From contig JBIPSI010000002.1 of the NCBI GenBank assembly GCA_044070495.1, positions 64,001-128,000 on the forward strand: a stretch of 64,000 bases of DNA, read 5' to 3'. Shown in pieces: positions 60,933-64,000 of the stretch. The notes under the pieces are model-generated. The model did not search any database and was not told the origin of the DNA. It saw only the letters and a program-made list of their open reading frames with translations. The number at the start of each line of letters is the position of its first letter. The first letter of the stretch is position 1. The stretch comes from Spirulina sp. GTDB lineage: Bacteria; Cyanobacteriota; Cyanobacteriia; Phormidesmidales; Phormidesmidaceae. A program made the position numbers and the translations under genes.

Positions 60933-63218
60933 CTAACGGCTGAGGGAGAATTGGGTGGGCAGCGAGACCGTAAAACAAGTGCTGTGGGCATCGCTGGCGA
61001 CGGCCACTTCGCCCCCCAAATGCCGACAAAGCTTGCGTACCAAGGCCAGACCAAGACCTGTGCCGCCCTGCTTCCAGGGATCGGCACTGGGCACTCGGTA
61101 GAACTTGTCAAAAATGCGGGTCAGTTCCGATGGGGGGATGGTAACCCCGGTGTTGGTCAGCACGAACTGCACCTGGCTTTGGTGGGAGTGGGGGACAGGT
61201 TCCACATGGATGCTGATGTGCTCACCGGGGGGGGTGTATTTGCAGGCGTTGTTGAGCAATTCCGCTAGAATTCGCTCCAGGCTGGCGAGATCGGTGTGCA
61301 CCACGGGCAAGGTAGGGGCCGTGCTCAGCGTCAGGGTTTGATCTCGGCTTTTGGCACGGGTGATGAAGCTATCCATCAAGCCTGGTAGCCAGGTTCTAAG
61401 CACGATGGGTTCGGTTTGGACGGGGTGGTTGCCCACATCGAGGCGCTGCAAATCGAGCAGGTCGTTAATGAGGCTAATCTCCCGCTCGCATTCCTCTTGC
61501 AGGATGTGGTAGTAGCGGGCGATGCGGCTTTGTTCGGCCTTAGGCTTGTGTAGCTCATCGGCTAGGCTACATTCCTGGGTGAGGGTGACCCCCAACAGTT
61601 GCAGCGCCACCCGCATACTCGTGACAGGGGTGCGCAGTTCGTGGGAGACGGTGCTGAGGAAGTCGTCCTTGAGGGTGTTGAGCCGTTCTAGTTCCGCCAC
61701 CTGCGACTGGGCCGCTTCGTAGAGTCGGGCCTGACGAATGGCAATGGCGCACTGGTTGGCCACCTGCTGCACCAGCCGGATCTCAATGTCGCTAAAGCCG
61801 TAGTCGCGGCCATTGATCAGCCACAGATCCCCTAGCACGCCCCGGTCGTCCAAAACCGGGCAGGCCAGCATGGCCACATAGCCCCGGTCGGGGTTGGGTT
61901 CCATGGAGCAAAACTGGAAGTATTGGCCGTTGAGCAACTGGTCGTAAACCTCTGGGAAGGCTTCCATCTGGGCCACGCGCCCCTGGTAGGCGGGGATGGA
62001 ACTGTTGTAGCTGTTGTACTCGTAGTAAATCGTAGAGGTACCCTGCTCCAAATCATAAAGAGCGGTGTTTGACCCCTTGGCCCCTAGGGCTTCGGTCAGT
62101 TCCTCCACCGCCGTCAGCATAATTTGGTTGACATCTAGGCTGTCGCGCACCCGGTCGGTGATGCGTTTGAGGGTGGCTTCAAAATCTAGGGCGGTTTGCA
62201 GTTGTTCGGTGCGCTGGGCGACCTGCTGCTCTAGAGCGGTGTTGAGTCGCTGCACCTGGTTGTATAAACGGGCTTGCTTAATGGCGCTGCCCACCTGGGT
62301 AGACACCTCCCGCAGGGTTTCAATTTCCCAGCTTTGCCAGGGGCGAGAACCGCTGCGGTGAAGGGCGCATACCAACCCATAGAGGGCGTCTCCCTGCACG
62401 ATAGGCACCACCAGCCCCGCCTGCACCTCCATCTGGGCCAGCCGCTCGCGATAGGCCGACGGCAAGCGCGCGGTGTGGATATCGTCGATCACCTGAATTT
62501 CCCCCTGACAAGACCGCACCAGATCCTGGGCAATCAGGTTTAGCGCCGCTAGGGAATCTCCCAACGTAAAGGGCATGGGCGTTGCGGCAGACTCAGCCAC
62601 GACGCCTCGGTAGTCAGGATCGAAGCTGTAGAACACAACCCAGTCCACCTTCAGAAATCGCCGCACCTCGTTGACGGTGGTTTGCAGCAATTCCTCTGGG
62701 TTCATCGACTGCAATAGGTGTTGGGCAATCGCCCCCAACAGCCGCTCCCGCTCCGACTGTCGCCGCAGGGTTTGTTCCACCTGCTGCTGGGCGGTAATGT
62801 CTTGCAGCGTCACCATCAGCAGCGGGGCTTCCGCTGTCGCCGCTACTACGGGGGCAATGCTCACAATCAGAGCCCGTGGAGGCCCATCCCCACTGGGCAA
62901 CAACACCTGCGTGGATTGCCGCTGCCCCGTTGCCAATGTTTGCCGTTCTGCGGCCAAAAAGACCTCCGCCACCGCCGGAGGCAAAATATCTAGCTCCGAC
63001 TTCCCTACCAAGTCCTCCGTGGTGTAGCCTAGCAATTCTCGGTAGGCCCGATTGAGAAACAGCCAACTGTGGAGATGATTTTTAATCCCCACCGGGGCCG
63101 CCACCACATTGAATAATTGATCAAAGCCATCCTGCAACAGTCGCCCCTGGCAGTCGCGACAGTGATCGAGATCTTGGGCAGGCAGGGAAGATGCCACAAA
63201 GGGGGTTGGGTTAGTCAT
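60933..63218 (-). CDS. PAS-GAF-GAF sensor histidine kinase
   Basis: FLSTVSHELRTP, ELLNNACKY, GTGLGL. Confidence 0.92.
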   Translation of the reverse strand: MTNPTPFVASSLPAQDLDHCRDCQGRLLQDGFDQLFNVVAAPVGIKNHLHSWLFLNRAYRELLGYTTEDLVGKSELDILPPAVAEVFLAAERQTLATGQRQSTQVLLPSGDGPPRALIVSIAPVVAATAEAPLLMVTLQDITAQQQVEQTLRRQSERERLLGAIAQHLLQSMNPEELLQTTVNEVRRFLKVDWVVFYSFDPDYRGVVAESAATPMPFTLGDSLAALNLIAQDLVRSCQGEIQVIDDIHTARLPSAYRERLAQMEVQAGLVVPIVQGDALYGLVCALHRSGSRPWQSWEIETLREVSTQVGSAIKQARLYNQVQRLNTALEQQVAQRTEQLQTALDFEATLKRITDRVRDSLDVNQIMLTAVEELTEALGAKGSNTALYDLEQGTSTIYYEYNSYNSSIPAYQGRVAQMEAFPEVYDQLLNGQYFQFCSMEPNPDRGYVAMLACPVLDDRGVLGDLWLINGRDYGFSDIEIRLVQQVANQCAIAIRQARLYEAAQSQVAELERLNTLKDDFLSTVSHELRTPVTSMRVALQLLGVTLTQECSLADELHKPKAEQSRIARYYHILQEECEREISLINDLLDLQRLDVGNHPVQTEPIVLRTWLPGLMDSFITRAKSRDQTLTLSTAPTLPVVHTDLASLERILAELLNNACKYTPPGEHISIHVEPVPHSHQSQVQFVLTNTGVTIPPSELTRIFDKFYRVPSADPWKQGGTGLGLALVRKLCRHLGGEVAVASDAHSTCFTVSLPTQFSLSR

Positions 63219-63782
63219 AGGGTTAGCGGAGGTCTAACGGGTGGGGCGCGCTAGGGTGAGACAAACCAAGGAGCAATGCAAAGGAGAAGTAGGCTCTGAA
63301 TTAGCTCTGAATTAACTGTGCCCTAAATACAACCCCAACAAACAGGGCTAGGTCACGTTGATCCGGCGTGGGCAGACGATAGAGGTAGAAAAACGCGTTT
63401 GTTATGGAGGAAGTAATGCCGAAACTTGGTTATGACGTAGCTTTTAATGATAGCAATGACGGGTCTGGGAACCTTCGGGTAACGCGAAGGATGTGAAGAT
63501 TGCCGATGTAGCTATTCTATCGCTGCGTGGCCAGGCCGATGCCTCTGCTTGGTCAAGGGACTACCTCAACCGCCCTGAAGCCGTCCAGGGGAATGGAACG
63601 CTACACCGCAAAACGGGAACTCCCCTCATTACAATAAGTAGAACGGCAATTGTCGAACTATCCCTTGAATATAAATTGACATCGGTTGGGCAGGGTAAGC
63701 CTCTGGCCCGCCGCTCAACCCGTTGATCCGACAGCTAAGATGGCTGTTCTGCCCTCATTCCCGTTACCAGGCCAACTGTTCC

Positions 63783-64000
63783 ATGACCCAAGCCGCCGCC
63801 CTGCCCGCCTCTGAAATTGCCAAAGCCGTGGAGCAACGGCGCAATTTCGCCATCATTTCCCACCCCGACGCCGGGAAAACAACGCTGACGGAAAAGCTGC
63901 TGCTGTACGGGGGTGCCATCCAAGAGGCCGGGGCGGTGAAGGCCAAACGGGCCCAGCGCAGCGCCACCTCAGACTGGATGGAACTGGAGCAACAGCGGGG
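63783..64000 (+). CDS. prfC: Peptide chain release factor 3, 5' part
   Basis: Manual translation [28 protein letters not shown]...[11 protein letters not shown]. Confidence 0.95.
   Translation, partial: MTQAAALPASEIAKAVEQRRNFAIISHPDAGKTTLTEKLLLYGGAIQEAGAVKAKRAQRSATSDWMELEQQR

Noticed and set aside
63493..63726. 77-aa ORF upstream of prfC
   Set aside because: No recognisable motif; cannot be supported from sequence alone.

Overview
Core-chromosome window of a moderately GC-rich cyanobacterium, probably a filamentous Leptolyngbya/Nodosilinea-like strain (inferred from gene families such as FtsH3, Fed2, Uma2, DUF4327, DUF2301 and NtcA boxes). It carries about 45 CDSs (ftsW, gor, lptC, metG, argS, ftsH3, comM, dnaG, codB, sigA, thrS, biuH, hisIE, rbsK, prfC and others), two tRNAs (Ser-GGA, Val-TAC) and several families of small intergenic repeats (REP-like, MITE-like, SDR-like). 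I found no CRISPR array, rRNA, transposase or prophage. Main signals: (1) by manual reading the HIP1 core CGATCG is absent while CCTAGG/CTAG is abundant; (2) three scattered organic-nitrogen genes or operons (PotABCD-like ABC transporter, cytosine permease, biuret hydrolase) each have a well-spaced NtcA class II promoter; (3) three Uma2 genes lie antisense between plus-strand genes, two of them splitting expected gene pairs; (4) DUF4327 has a long leader with predicted structure. Many starts are moved from the ORF track to the more plausible downstream ATG. All counts are by eye and need computational confirmation.
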